Assembly (NCBI GenBank): GCA_026387835.1
Contig: JAPLKZ010000005.1
Span: 60,001 to 92,000 of the forward strand
DNA length: 32,000 bases
Reading direction: 5' to 3'
From: Candidatus Saganbacteria bacterium
Lineage (GTDB): Bacteria; Margulisbacteria; WOR-1; JAKLHX01
A program made the position numbers and the translations under genes. Each line of letters starts with the position of its first letter. Within the stretch, counting starts at the first letter, position 1. Under the pieces are notes generated by a model that was not told the origin of the DNA, made no database searches, and worked only from the letters and a program-made list of their open reading frames with translations. Shown here in pieces: positions 9,144-18,485 of this stretch.

Positions 9144-10913
9144 TTAATTACTCCCCGGAGCTGCATATTTACCCATCTTAGCCTGCATTTCCCTGCTCAA
9201 CTGTTTAATAAGCACTGCGTTATATGATCCGGTCGGAATCGGCTTAATGGTCGGATCCTTTGTTGGATTAACATTATATATGTCGAAACCAACTATCTGT
9301 TGTTCCGCAACAGCATATTCACGCGATCTTGCCGCGGGAGAGCCCTTTTTGACCGCCGGATCAACGTCGGTGGTGACGATCGAGATCGTATTGTCGCTGT
9401 TAAGGAATATCTCAAAAGTTCGGAACTGCTGCGGGAAATCCCGGAGCGAACAAGTCTCTACCTCCCAGAAGCCTTTTTCGGGAGCGTTGACCGGATCAGG
9501 CGATATAAATGCTTTAACAATATTCAAATGGCGGTGACCCGAGATCCACATCATAAAGTTCGGATGGCTCTGAAGTTCGGCTATCAGGCCCGGAAGCGAC
9601 ACGGCATTTTGAGGATCGGTCCACCATCCCATTTCGGACCTGGGTGCGGTCACTTCTACGTTTATCGGCACATGTGCAGCGATGATCATCAGCTGACATG
9701 CGGCATCTCCGGCAGCAAGTTCTTTTTTAAGCCAGGTCCAGCGTGCAGAGTCAAGAAAGCCATGGCCGTGCACATCATTAGAATTATCGTTTTCCTTTTG
9801 GGTATCATCGAGCACTATGACCTTTATAGGGACGGATGACTTCGGCACAAAGCTATAACATGCAAAACCCTTGTCCGCGTCGGCAGGATTAAATCCGTGT
9901 CCGGCAGGGTTTGATGAAGTATTGAAAAATTCTTTCATCCATTCATCCCTCTTGAGTGAACGGCGGTCAGGATCGGCCGCGACTTTTGGAGGGTTCTTAA
10001 AATCTGCAACAGGGCCTGCGTATCTGATCTTAACGTCAGAGGCCGAACAATCGAATACTCCCATATAGAAATCGTGTTTGTTTATATTCGCGGGGTTTCT
10101 CAGGATATCTCCCATGGCCATGACTTCGCTTGTTATGTAAGTCTGCCGGAAATCCTTTCTGAGGTTATAGTCCACAGGGACTGAACCGATCCAGAAATGA
10201 TCGTGGTTGCCGAGCGTCTGATACCAGGGGATAGACTTATCAAGCCCTGCCGCTTTGTAAGGTTTCTGATAATCGATGCTACCGGCACCGATATGAGCAC
10301 CGGAACTCGGGGTGATGACCTTGCCGTCAAGGACATCGATATACCATCTTGTTTCGTTGTACTGTGTGCTGTTAGCGGCATCGCCCAGAGAGATCCCGAA
10401 ATCAAAAGGATCTTTTTTGTTTAGAGCATTTATCGTCTGTACTGCCGCATCAAGGACATGTGTTGTATACATCATGACCCCTGAACATAGCGAAGCGCTG
10501 ATCGGCAATGCTTTGTATATATGGGAAAGATAGATCGCCTGATTGGGAGCTTCTTTATCGGTAATATGTATGTCGGATATTGTAAAGAAATTTAAAAGTT
10601 TAGTTTTTTTAGTTACCGATGCACCTTTGTAAGTTGCCGGCATTATATCGGTCCTCACGTCTGCTTTGGCAGGACCGCCATACTTCCAGCTGCCATAGCC
10701 ATATTGTTTGTATTTTGAGAATTCATCAAGAGCGATCGATACAGGCGGTTTTGGGCCGGGTTTGATCGTCCTTTGGAGCGTCGTAAAAACATCAGAAGAG
10801 ATCGGGTATCCCTGGAGCTGACCGCTGCTTTTTAAGCATCCGAATAAAGAAAAGACCAGCATAGCCGCTAAAAAGACAAAACAGGACCTTTTAAACTCAT
10901 AAGACTTTTTCAT
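9144..10913 (-). CDS. lipoprotein metallophosphoesterase (TIGR03768-like)
   Basis: Lipobox-like VFSLFGC; ISDIHITDKEAP, TLGNHDHFW, IIAAHVPINV, WISGHRHLN calcineurin-like motifs. Confidence 0.9.
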   Translation of the reverse strand: MKKSYEFKRSCFVFLAAMLVFSLFGCLKSSGQLQGYPISSDVFTTLQRTIKPGPKPPVSIALDEFSKYKQYGYGSWKYGGPAKADVRTDIMPATYKGASVTKKTKLLNFFTISDIHITDKEAPNQAIYLSHIYKALPISASLCSGVMMYTTHVLDAAVQTINALNKKDPFDFGISLGDAANSTQYNETRWYIDVLDGKVITPSSGAHIGAGSIDYQKPYKAAGLDKSIPWYQTLGNHDHFWIGSVPVDYNLRKDFRQTYITSEVMAMGDILRNPANINKHDFYMGVFDCSASDVKIRYAGPVADFKNPPKVAADPDRRSLKRDEWMKEFFNTSSNPAGHGFNPADADKGFACYSFVPKSSVPIKVIVLDDTQKENDNSNDVHGHGFLDSARWTWLKKELAAGDAACQLMIIAAHVPINVEVTAPRSEMGWWTDPQNAVSLPGLIAELQSHPNFMMWISGHRHLNIVKAFISPDPVNAPEKGFWEVETCSLRDFPQQFRTFEIFLNSDNTISIVTTDVDPAVKKGSPAARSREYAVAEQQIVGFDIYNVNPTKDPTIKPIPTGSYNAVLIKQLSREMQAKMGKYAAPGSN

Positions 10914-10924
10914 AAACCCTCCTT

Positions 10925-11905
10925 TTAGAACTTATATGCAACACCTACATTATGATTGAAATTCGCGGCGAATTTATCGGCTGAAAGCCATAAGAAGCTG
11001 TAATAGCCGATATCAAGCTTGTCGTCGATCTTATAGCTGTATCCCAGGGTTACCGCGCCGTCAGGATTTGTCCTGTAATTATATATCCCGGCCCTGAATG
11101 AACTTCTGGTCCAAAAATTTTCTTTGTCCTTGGCCTGCGGGGTATACTCAAAGCCTGCCGAATAATAAGGATCACCATAACTTCTGAAAGCATCATAGAT
11201 ACCGGCATTGACCACCAGTCCTTTTAACTTCCCCTCGGGCATCCAGGCTATGGAAGGCCTGAAATTCACGCCATCACCAACAGAGTTGCTGAATTCCTGT
11301 TTCCATCCGGGGATGTCAGGAGATGTTGTATAACCCGACAACAGCCAGAAATTCTCGCAATGTACGCCGAGAGACCATTCTTTGTTCATTCTCCACAGGT
11401 AATCAAGATGTATCTGATTTTGGACGGTATCGGTCATTACCCTGGTCCCGAAAGGAGATCCGTAATCTTCCGACCGATAGTAAAAATAACCTATACCAAG
11501 AGACATAGTTTCGTTCCAGGGAAGCCTGAATCCTATGCTCGGCGAAAGCGCGACCGCTCCTCCTCCGCTCCACTCCCCGGCAAAGGTCCAGCCTAAATTC
11601 CCGTTTATCTTATGGGCGAAATTGACGGAGTCATAATATGAATTACCGACCCTTGCTTCCCTATTGAATAAACCGTCGTTGTCCAAAAACCGGGTCGTCA
11701 GAATGATCTGGTTTTCTCCATTTTTCCACTTATCCAACTGGGCAACGCCCGCCCTGTTCCAGTAAGCGCAGTTCGCGTCATCAGCCACGGCGACAAATGT
11801 GCCGCCCATTCCCATGGGACGGTAACCCCAGCACGCAAACGAGGTCTCAAGGAACATCACGGTCATCATCAGAAAAACGAATAAAACAAAAATCAGCTTT
11901 TTCAT
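10925..11905 (-). CDS. outer membrane protein (PorV/TraF/UPF0164-like barrel)
   Basis: Signal peptide then RPMGMGGTFVAVADDANCAYWNRAGVAQL; repeated barrel strands; ends ..NHNVGVAYKF. Confidence 0.75.
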   Translation of the reverse strand: MKKLIFVLFVFLMMTVMFLETSFACWGYRPMGMGGTFVAVADDANCAYWNRAGVAQLDKWKNGENQIILTTRFLDNDGLFNREARVGNSYYDSVNFAHKINGNLGWTFAGEWSGGGAVALSPSIGFRLPWNETMSLGIGYFYYRSEDYGSPFGTRVMTDTVQNQIHLDYLWRMNKEWSLGVHCENFWLLSGYTTSPDIPGWKQEFSNSVGDGVNFRPSIAWMPEGKLKGLVVNAGIYDAFRSYGDPYYSAGFEYTPQAKDKENFWTRSSFRAGIYNYRTNPDGAVTLGYSYKIDDKLDIGYYSFLWLSADKFAANFNHNVGVAYKF

Positions 11906-12066
11906 GCTTGCCTCCTCTGTTATGCCAAAATTTACAAATTACCAACATTCAACGAATATTTTATAAATATTGAATATATCTTATAATGGAGACTGCATGA
12001 TGTCAAGAAATTCTTTTGACAGCTGCTAAAAATTCTATTATACTTTAACCAAAAAAGGAGTAATAA

Positions 12067-13302
12067 ATGAGAAAGACCGTTCTATTGTTCTGTGTCTTTG
12101 GTCTCTTTGCAGTTTCCTTCTTCTTGTCTTCCTGCGGCGGTCTTTCTCTGCGCAAGGCGGCCGTTTTTGAGGGCGGGATCCTTTACCGGACCGCCAATGA
12201 TAAATTTTATGTTCCGGTCCTTAAAGGGAGCTGGCGGGAGATGGGGCGGCAATACGGAGGTCTGCTCAAGCCACAGCTGAACGAATTCTATAATTCAGTC
12301 ACAGACTATCTCACTTCTGAGGGGATATCTTATAAAGACCAAAAAGCGAGCGCATACGCGCTTTTTAATACTTATACTGACCGCCGCCTCAAGGAGCTCG
12401 TTTATGGCATGGCGGAAACCTCCGGCCTTGGCAATGAAAAGCAGATAATGGTGAACGCGGCTTTTATGAACCTGGCGCAGTATGCCGGGATTTGGGCCGA
12501 GAAAGCAAACAAGCCAAAGACCAAAAAAGGCTGCAGCGGCGTTGCTGTATGGGACAACTACAGCCATGACGGCAAAATGATCTTCGGCCGTGATTGGGAT
12601 TTCTATTCAGTCGCATACTGGAAAAGATGGCTGCCCTCGCTGACCATTGCGGTATTCAATCCTGACGACGGATCCAACAGTGTCGCCGATATAGAATTTC
12701 TTGGATCGATCTTTACCGAGACCGCCATTAATAACAAAGGTATCTTCGCGGAATTGAACAATGGCATGCAGTCAGATCCGACTTTGACCAAAGGAAGGAC
12801 TCAGGGCCCTGTATCCCTGCTTTCTTTCATGTTTGATTGTTCAACCATAGACGAGTTTGAAAAAACAATCGAGAAGACTCCTGACGATGTATCCTATATC
12901 ATCCAGGTGGCAGGAAAAGATGCTGCCTATTCTTTTGAATGGCCCACATGGGGAGTGAGAAGAAGATCGGAAAAAGAGAGTGGATATCTGGTCGCTTACA
13001 ATAGTTTTGTCAGGCCTTTGCCTGTCTCATGGGAAAAAAAAGTTCCCCCGCCAGTTCCCCAGGATACGCGCAGAAATAATCTGCTCTCGCTGGTAAGTTC
13101 AAAAAAATACAAGGGCAGGATCGATGTCCCCGCGATGAAGGAAATACTCGGTATCTCATGGGAAGCCGGCGGGTCTACTCATGGCGGCACAGCTTATCAG
13201 GTAATAACGGCTCCCGGAGATCAAACGGTTTGGCTTAAGGGGATAGGGTATTCTGACTGGGAAAAGATCGATCTCAAACCGCTGTTCAGACGTAAAACTT
13301 GA
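12067..13302 (+). CDS. lipoprotein C45-family peptidase / acyl-CoA:6-APA acyltransferase-like (Ntn hydrolase)
   Basis: Lipobox-like FFLSSC; GCSGVAVWDNYSHDGKMIFGRDWDF (candidate nucleophile Cys), GIFAELNNG. Confidence 0.8.
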   Translation: MRKTVLLFCVFGLFAVSFFLSSCGGLSLRKAAVFEGGILYRTANDKFYVPVLKGSWREMGRQYGGLLKPQLNEFYNSVTDYLTSEGISYKDQKASAYALFNTYTDRRLKELVYGMAETSGLGNEKQIMVNAAFMNLAQYAGIWAEKANKPKTKKGCSGVAVWDNYSHDGKMIFGRDWDFYSVAYWKRWLPSLTIAVFNPDDGSNSVADIEFLGSIFTETAINNKGIFAELNNGMQSDPTLTKGRTQGPVSLLSFMFDCSTIDEFEKTIEKTPDDVSYIIQVAGKDAAYSFEWPTWGVRRRSEKESGYLVAYNSFVRPLPVSWEKKVPPPVPQDTRRNNLLSLVSSKKYKGRIDVPAMKEILGISWEAGGSTHGGTAYQVITAPGDQTVWLKGIGYSDWEKIDLKPLFRRKT

Positions 13303-13323
13303 AAATAATAACAAATAAAAAAA

Positions 13324-13340
13324 CCTGCGAAAATCGCAGG
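13324..13340. terminator. short possible bidirectional terminator hairpin
   Basis: cctgcga-aaa-tcgcagg, preceded by an A tract but with no strong T tract on the + side. Confidence 0.4.
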
Positions 13341-13532
13341 GTCTGTAATACAAAAAAGAAACTTGTCTTGAGCGAGCAGAGAGCTTGTCAAGCTGCGAGT
13401 CGGAAGACCCCCCATATTCACTCATCATAAAATATAAATATTGAAATTTCGCAAAAAAGCTTACGATGATATTATAGCGGGTCAAGCGTCCGGAGTTAAT
13501 TGCCCGCTCAATAAAAGGAAGAACGGAAAAAA

Positions 13533-14312
13533 ATGGGAGCAATTGGTACGGTCATCAGAGGAATGAGAGTGACAGAGCTGAACCCGGCAAGAGCGATCTT
13601 AAATCCTGTATATATGAGAGTGGAAGTAAAAATCCCGGATATAGTACGGATAACAGGCGGGACATTCAGGATGGGAAGCAGTGTATTACATGAATCGCCG
13701 ATAAGAACGATTTCACTGAGCGATTACGGTATGGGTAAATATCCTGTGACAAACGGCGAATATCTTGGTTATCTTCAGATAATGGAAAGAAAAGTCCCTG
13801 ATCTCGTGGCCGATCAAGCATTGGCGTTGCATCCGGTGGTAAATGTATCGTGGAACGACGCGACTGAATACTGCAAGTTCCTGACAGAGATAACGGGCAG
13901 GAACTTCAACCTGCCTACGGAAGCGCAATGGGAGTTCGCGGCAAGGGGCACCGAAGGAAGAGAATGTCCGTGGGGCGGAGCCTCTCACGAAGGACGCGTT
14001 AATTTCAACAGCAGCGGAACAACACCTGTTGACAGGTATCCTGACGGCGCTACTCCTTCAGGGATATTCGATATGTCGGGTAATGCCTGGGAATGGTGCG
14101 CTGATTGTTATCGTACATATGCGGGCGATAATTTGACAGATCCGCAAGGTCCTGACAGCGGCAATCGTAAGGTGCTGCGCGGCGGTTCATGGGCTTTCAA
14201 CTGTCCGGATTACCGGCGCGCCGCGTACCGGGGAAACAGCGATCCCGGGGGCCGGAACGGCAATATCGGGTTTCGTGTTTCCGAGCGGTATATCGCAATG
14301 AAAATTGCGTGA
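13533..14312 (+). CDS. formylglycine-generating-enzyme (FGE/SUMF1)-like domain protein
   Basis: GGTFRMGS..ESPIRTISLSDYGMGKYPVTNGEY, NVSWNDATEYCKFL, LPTEAQWEFAARG, DMSGNAWEWCAD, VLRGGSW, GFRV. Confidence 0.92.
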   Translation: MGAIGTVIRGMRVTELNPARAILNPVYMRVEVKIPDIVRITGGTFRMGSSVLHESPIRTISLSDYGMGKYPVTNGEYLGYLQIMERKVPDLVADQALALHPVVNVSWNDATEYCKFLTEITGRNFNLPTEAQWEFAARGTEGRECPWGGASHEGRVNFNSSGTTPVDRYPDGATPSGIFDMSGNAWEWCADCYRTYAGDNLTDPQGPDSGNRKVLRGGSWAFNCPDYRRAAYRGNSDPGGRNGNIGFRVSERYIAMKIA

Positions 14313-14358
14313 AATTCCCGATTTTTATCAACGAAGAATATGCAGGAAGGAAAAAGAA

Positions 14359-16896
14359 ATGCAATTTCAAATAAGCAGCACAGCCGGTCTTATGCCGGCC
14401 GCGGACCAAGGGGCCGCCAATAAGATCCAGGACAGAACCACGCCGAACACACTGCTTCTTGCTATGGGCAAAAGACCCGCAAGAGATGTTGATGCCAAAA
14501 CAAAAAACAGCGAAGGCCGAGATGCATTGGGGAGTGCAATATTAAAGGGTGATACAAAGAAGGTAAAAGCCCTGATCGCTTCCGGCGTGGACGTTAAAGG
14601 AAGTGATAATGGCAATAGTATATTAAGTCTAGCCGTGTTCACATACAATACGGATATTATAAAAGCGTTGATCGACGCCGGGGCCAGTGTGAACTCAACG
14701 GACAGTAAAGGAGAAACCGCGTTGATGCAGGCGGCTTCATACGGTAAAGCGGATATATTAAAAGTATTGATCGGGGCCGGCGCTGACATAAACACGGAGA
14801 ATAAAGATGGTCAGTCTGCGCTGATGAAAGCCGCGATAAACGGCAAAGAGGATGTGGTAAAAATATTAATCGCTGCCGGGGCGGTTGTTGATAAAAAAGC
14901 TTTGAATGAAGTTAATTTTTACACAGACGGTAGCGGGGGAGCTCTTAGCGATACATTGCTTATAAGGGCAGCAAAAAATGGGAATGTCGATACAGTAAAA
15001 GCATTGATCGCCGCCGGGGCCGATGTTGAAGTAAAAAATTGTCTTTGGTCTATGGTGAGGCCAGATCGGACTAAACATTACGATGATGAAACAGCTTTAA
15101 TTGCGGCGGCATGGCAAGACAAAGCGGAAATAGTGAAGATATTGATCGCTGCGGGCGCGGATATTGAAGAAAGAGATTATTATCATAGAACGGCACTGAT
15201 GTGTGCCGCATCTTGCGGCAATACCAACACAGTAAGAACATTGATAAATTCAGGCGCGGATATAAAGGCAAAGAATAAAGACGGACGAACAGCATTGATG
15301 CAGGCCGCATTGGAAAGGGAAATCGGCGCAGTAAAAATATTGCTTGCTTCGGGAGCTGTTGAGGATAAAGCTGTTTTGAACGCAAAAGATAAAGACGGCA
15401 ATACTGAGCTGATATCAGCCGCGGGATCTTCCGTTTTCCGTGAAACCGATTCAGTAAAAGCTTTGGAATCATTGATTGCTATAGGAGCTGATCTGAACGC
15501 GACAAATGATAAAGGCGATACAGCGCTGACAGAGGCCGCAAGATCGGGTCATGCGGACATATTAAAAGCATTAATTACCGCAGGGGCTGATCTGAACGTA
15601 AAGAACAATGACTGGAATACGGCGATGATAGAAGCCGCGAGGCGAGGTTATGTGGTCATGGTAAAAGCTTTGATCGTTGCGGGGGCTGACGTGAACGAAA
15701 AAAGCAAGGAAGGGAAAACGTCCCTGGATTATATTAAAGATAACAAGGACAGTATCTTGAAACCATTTTATAGGGATATTGTTTCATTATTGGATAAAAG
15801 AATGAAAAGTGCCCCGATTAAAACCGCGACAAAAAATAATTACTGTCCTCCTCAATTGTCTCCATCCATAAAGGAGGGCATAACGAATGTGACAAGAGCA
15901 TTAATTCCAAAAAAGTCTGATATGAACACAAGTAACCGCAATGATAGTCTAATAACAGCTGTGCACAATGACGAAATAACACAAGCAAAAGCACTAATTG
16001 GCGCGGGGGCTGATCTGAACGCAAGAAATAACAAGGGTGATACAGCATTAATGATTGCCGCATATTTAGGCAAAATGGACATGTTAGCTTTATTGCTCGC
16101 CGTGGGGGCTGATCCGAACGCAAGAGATAACACGGGTAATACAGCATTAATGCATACCGCAGGTTGGGGCAAAATTGACATATTGACCTTACTGATCGCC
16201 GCTGGAGCTGATGTGAGCGCAAGAAATGATCTGGGGGGAAAAGCTTTAGATTTCGCTAAAAGGAGAATGTATAGATTTGAATCTGGATATTTGAGCCGTG
16301 AAGATAAGGAGGTTATATCTTTTCTTGAAGAAATAACGCAAAACCTGAAGACCTGGAAAAAAGAAAAAGGAAAAGACAAAGAAGTTCCAACAGCACTTAT
16401 AAAAGCCATATCCGTTGATAACACGGACAAGATAAGATCATTGGTCAATGCCGGGGCTGATCTGAACGAAACGGACAAATACGGCCTGACAGCATTGATG
16501 TGGGCGGGAAAAATGGGCAGAACAAGATCAGTCAAAGCTTTGATCGAACTCGGGGCTGATGTGAAAATTAAAAGGAAAAACGGTTATACAGTGCTTATGG
16601 ATGCCGCCAGGCACGGTCATTTGGAAACGATAAATGCCCTGATCGCGGCAGGAGCTGATGTGAACGCAAAAGATAATGACGGGGAAACAGCTCTTATGAA
16701 AGCCCTGGCCTCATATAACTACGATGTTAATATTGACGTAATAAAAATATTGATCGCCAAAGGAGCTGATGTAAATATCAAAGACCGCAAAGGGGATACG
16801 GCCTTGGATCATCTCAAAAATAATACATATTTAGAAAACGAAAAAAAAGCAGAAGTTATTCAATTATTGACAGAAAAACATAAAATCGGGAAATAG
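14359..16896 (+). CDS. ankyrin-repeat protein
   Basis: Many consecutive ~33-aa ankyrin units (DKGDTALTEAARSGHADILKALITAGADLN). Start chosen at ATG 14359 with aggaagg upstream. Confidence 0.93.
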   Translation: MQFQISSTAGLMPAADQGAANKIQDRTTPNTLLLAMGKRPARDVDAKTKNSEGRDALGSAILKGDTKKVKALIASGVDVKGSDNGNSILSLAVFTYNTDIIKALIDAGASVNSTDSKGETALMQAASYGKADILKVLIGAGADINTENKDGQSALMKAAINGKEDVVKILIAAGAVVDKKALNEVNFYTDGSGGALSDTLLIRAAKNGNVDTVKALIAAGADVEVKNCLWSMVRPDRTKHYDDETALIAAAWQDKAEIVKILIAAGADIEERDYYHRTALMCAASCGNTNTVRTLINSGADIKAKNKDGRTALMQAALEREIGAVKILLASGAVEDKAVLNAKDKDGNTELISAAGSSVFRETDSVKALESLIAIGADLNATNDKGDTALTEAARSGHADILKALITAGADLNVKNNDWNTAMIEAARRGYVVMVKALIVAGADVNEKSKEGKTSLDYIKDNKDSILKPFYRDIVSLLDKRMKSAPIKTATKNNYCPPQLSPSIKEGITNVTRALIPKKSDMNTSNRNDSLITAVHNDEITQAKALIGAGADLNARNNKGDTALMIAAYLGKMDMLALLLAVGADPNARDNTGNTALMHTAGWGKIDILTLLIAAGADVSARNDLGGKALDFAKRRMYRFESGYLSREDKEVISFLEEITQNLKTWKKEKGKDKEVPTALIKAISVDNTDKIRSLVNAGADLNETDKYGLTALMWAGKMGRTRSVKALIELGADVKIKRKNGYTVLMDAARHGHLETINALIAAGADVNAKDNDGETALMKALASYNYDVNIDVIKILIAKGADVNIKDRKGDTALDHLKNNTYLENEKKAEVIQLLTEKHKIGK

Positions 16897-17047
16897 CCCT
16901 CTTTATTCTGGCTTCGCTTGTAGAAAAATATATCTCTTTACAATCCAACTTGCAAAAACATTTTACTAATCACAAAATAAATGTTAAAATAATTTCCAAC
17001 TTAAACCCTCAAAACTCAGCATGATTTATACAACGGGAGGTTTGTTT

Positions 17048-18214
17048 ATGAAGAAAAGATATATGCTTTTGCTGGTAATAGTTCTTTTGGTCCTGGCAGC
17101 AGCATTCCTTGTCTCGGGAAGAAAAGAGAATCGCGATTACCTGCTTGCTTCCGGGCATCCGGAATATCCTCCGTTCATGTGGCAGGAAGGCAGCAGGATA
17201 GTCGGGGTCGGACCGGAGATCCTGTCCGAAGCCTGTAAAGAGATCGGCGTCCCGCTGAAAATAGAATTTAAGGGAAGCTGGGATGACGTGATGAATGATG
17301 TCCGCATAGGCAGGATCGATGCCGTAGTTGCTCTGTACCGGACGGATCAGCGCACAAAATATCTGAATTATTCCATATCTTACGCGAAGGACCCTGTCGT
17401 GGTTTTCGTCCGCAAGGATAAGATTTTCGCGTACCATAAATGGGACGATCTTATCGGAAAGAGCGGCACGACAACAGTGGGCGACAGCTTCGGCCAGGCT
17501 TTTGACAGTTTCATGGAGGATAAACTGGATGTTTCCAGACTGAATACCGTGAAGGAAAATTTTGAGGCGTTAAATAACGGGACAGCCGATTTTTTTGTTT
17601 ATGGGCTGTACTCCGGACTTTTTGAATCGAAAAAGCTCGGCCTGGAGAACAAGATAGCGTATCTGAAGCCTTACCTGACTACAGAGAACTGGTATCTCGC
17701 TTTTTCAAAAACATCGAAATACGCCAAATACCTGCCTGAAATAAACAGGACAATTTCAAAAATGACCGCCCGCGGCACGGTAGATAAACTGGCCGCCAAA
17801 TACACACTGTATTATGAAGAGAGCGTGCTTAACCGCGTTAAACGCCTTGTCGAGAGCGGCCTGAAATATTATGCAGAACAGGGACAGACAAAGGCATTCG
17901 CGGAATTCGACAACATAAAGGGGAAATTCTCTCAGGGAGATCTTTATCTTTTCGTTTTTGACCTCAAGGGTAAGTGCCTCGCGCACGGCGCGGACCACTC
18001 TCTGATCGGCCGTGACCTCATGGACCTGAAGGACGTCGACGGCAAGCAGTTCGTGAAAGAATTCATCACTATTGCCCGCGATCCCGGGCAGGGCTGGGTG
18101 AGCTATAAATGGAAATACAAGAACACAAACGAGATCGGGCCCAAGATCTCATACATCATGAAAATAAAGGGGAAAGACCTCCTGATAGGGTGCGGATTTT
18201 ATACTGACAAATAA
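17048..18214 (+). CDS. transporter substrate-binding (PBP2) protein with C-terminal single Cache domain
   Basis: YPPFMWQEGSRIVGVGPEILSEACKEIG..RIDAVVALYRTDQR; C-term FDLKGKCLAHGADHSLIGRDLMDLKDVDG..GPKISYIMKIKGKDLLIGCGFY. Start at ATG 17048 after gggagg. Confidence 0.88.
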   Translation: MKKRYMLLLVIVLLVLAAAFLVSGRKENRDYLLASGHPEYPPFMWQEGSRIVGVGPEILSEACKEIGVPLKIEFKGSWDDVMNDVRIGRIDAVVALYRTDQRTKYLNYSISYAKDPVVVFVRKDKIFAYHKWDDLIGKSGTTTVGDSFGQAFDSFMEDKLDVSRLNTVKENFEALNNGTADFFVYGLYSGLFESKKLGLENKIAYLKPYLTTENWYLAFSKTSKYAKYLPEINRTISKMTARGTVDKLAAKYTLYYEESVLNRVKRLVESGLKYYAEQGQTKAFAEFDNIKGKFSQGDLYLFVFDLKGKCLAHGADHSLIGRDLMDLKDVDGKQFVKEFITIARDPGQGWVSYKWKYKNTNEIGPKISYIMKIKGKDLLIGCGFYTDK

Positions 18215-18275
18215 AATTGAAACTCTCTGCTTTTTGGTAGAAGATTCCTGAAAGATAGGATATAATAATTTTACG

Positions 18276-18390
18276 TTCCCCTGTAGCTTCCGCCAGAGGC
18301 GCCCGCCACAGGACGGGCAAGGACCCGCTTGCCTGCCAAAGGCAGGCCTCCGGCGGGCAATCGGAATAGTGATTGTTATTCTAGATTGTT
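18276..18390 (+). pseudogene. degenerate partial tRNA-Asn copy interrupted by a 69-bp insert
   Basis: ttcccctgtagct (18276-18288) + caatcgg (18358-18364) match 18412-18431 of the intact tRNA locus exactly; tgattgttattc (18370-18381) aligns to anticodon arm tgactgttaatc, then agattgtt vs aggttgtt. Confidence 0.65.
18289..18357. repeat. GC-rich, hairpin-rich (REP/RPE-like) palindromic insert
   Basis: tccgcc...ggcggg ends, internal gcccg(8)cgggc and gcctgcc-aaa-ggcaggc hairpins; splits the tRNA-like sequence. Exact boundaries ambiguous by a few nt. Confidence 0.65.
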
Positions 18391-18412
18391 TAGCCGCAGA
18401 GGATGAGAACAT

Positions 18413-18485
18413 TCCCCTGTAGCTCAATCGGTAGAGCACCTGACTGTTAATCAGGTTGTTGCTGGTTCGAGTCCAGCCGGGGGAG
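18413..18485 (+). tRNA. tRNA-Asn (anticodon GTT)
   Basis: Acceptor tcccctg/cggggga, D arm gctc/gagc, anticodon arm cctga-ctGTTaa-tcagg, T arm gctgg-ttcgagt-ccagc; CCA not encoded. Confidence 0.97.

Noticed and set aside
9300-9839. 179-aa forward ORF
   Set aside because: Antisense shadow of the metallophosphoesterase gene.
13156-13542. 128-aa reverse ORF
   Set aside because: Runs over the C45 gene end, the hairpin and an intergenic repeat-like segment; no protein-like features.
15071-16535. Several reverse ORFs across the ankyrin gene
   Set aside because: Antisense by-product of the repeated ankyrin codon pattern; similar sequences recur in each because the repeats recur.
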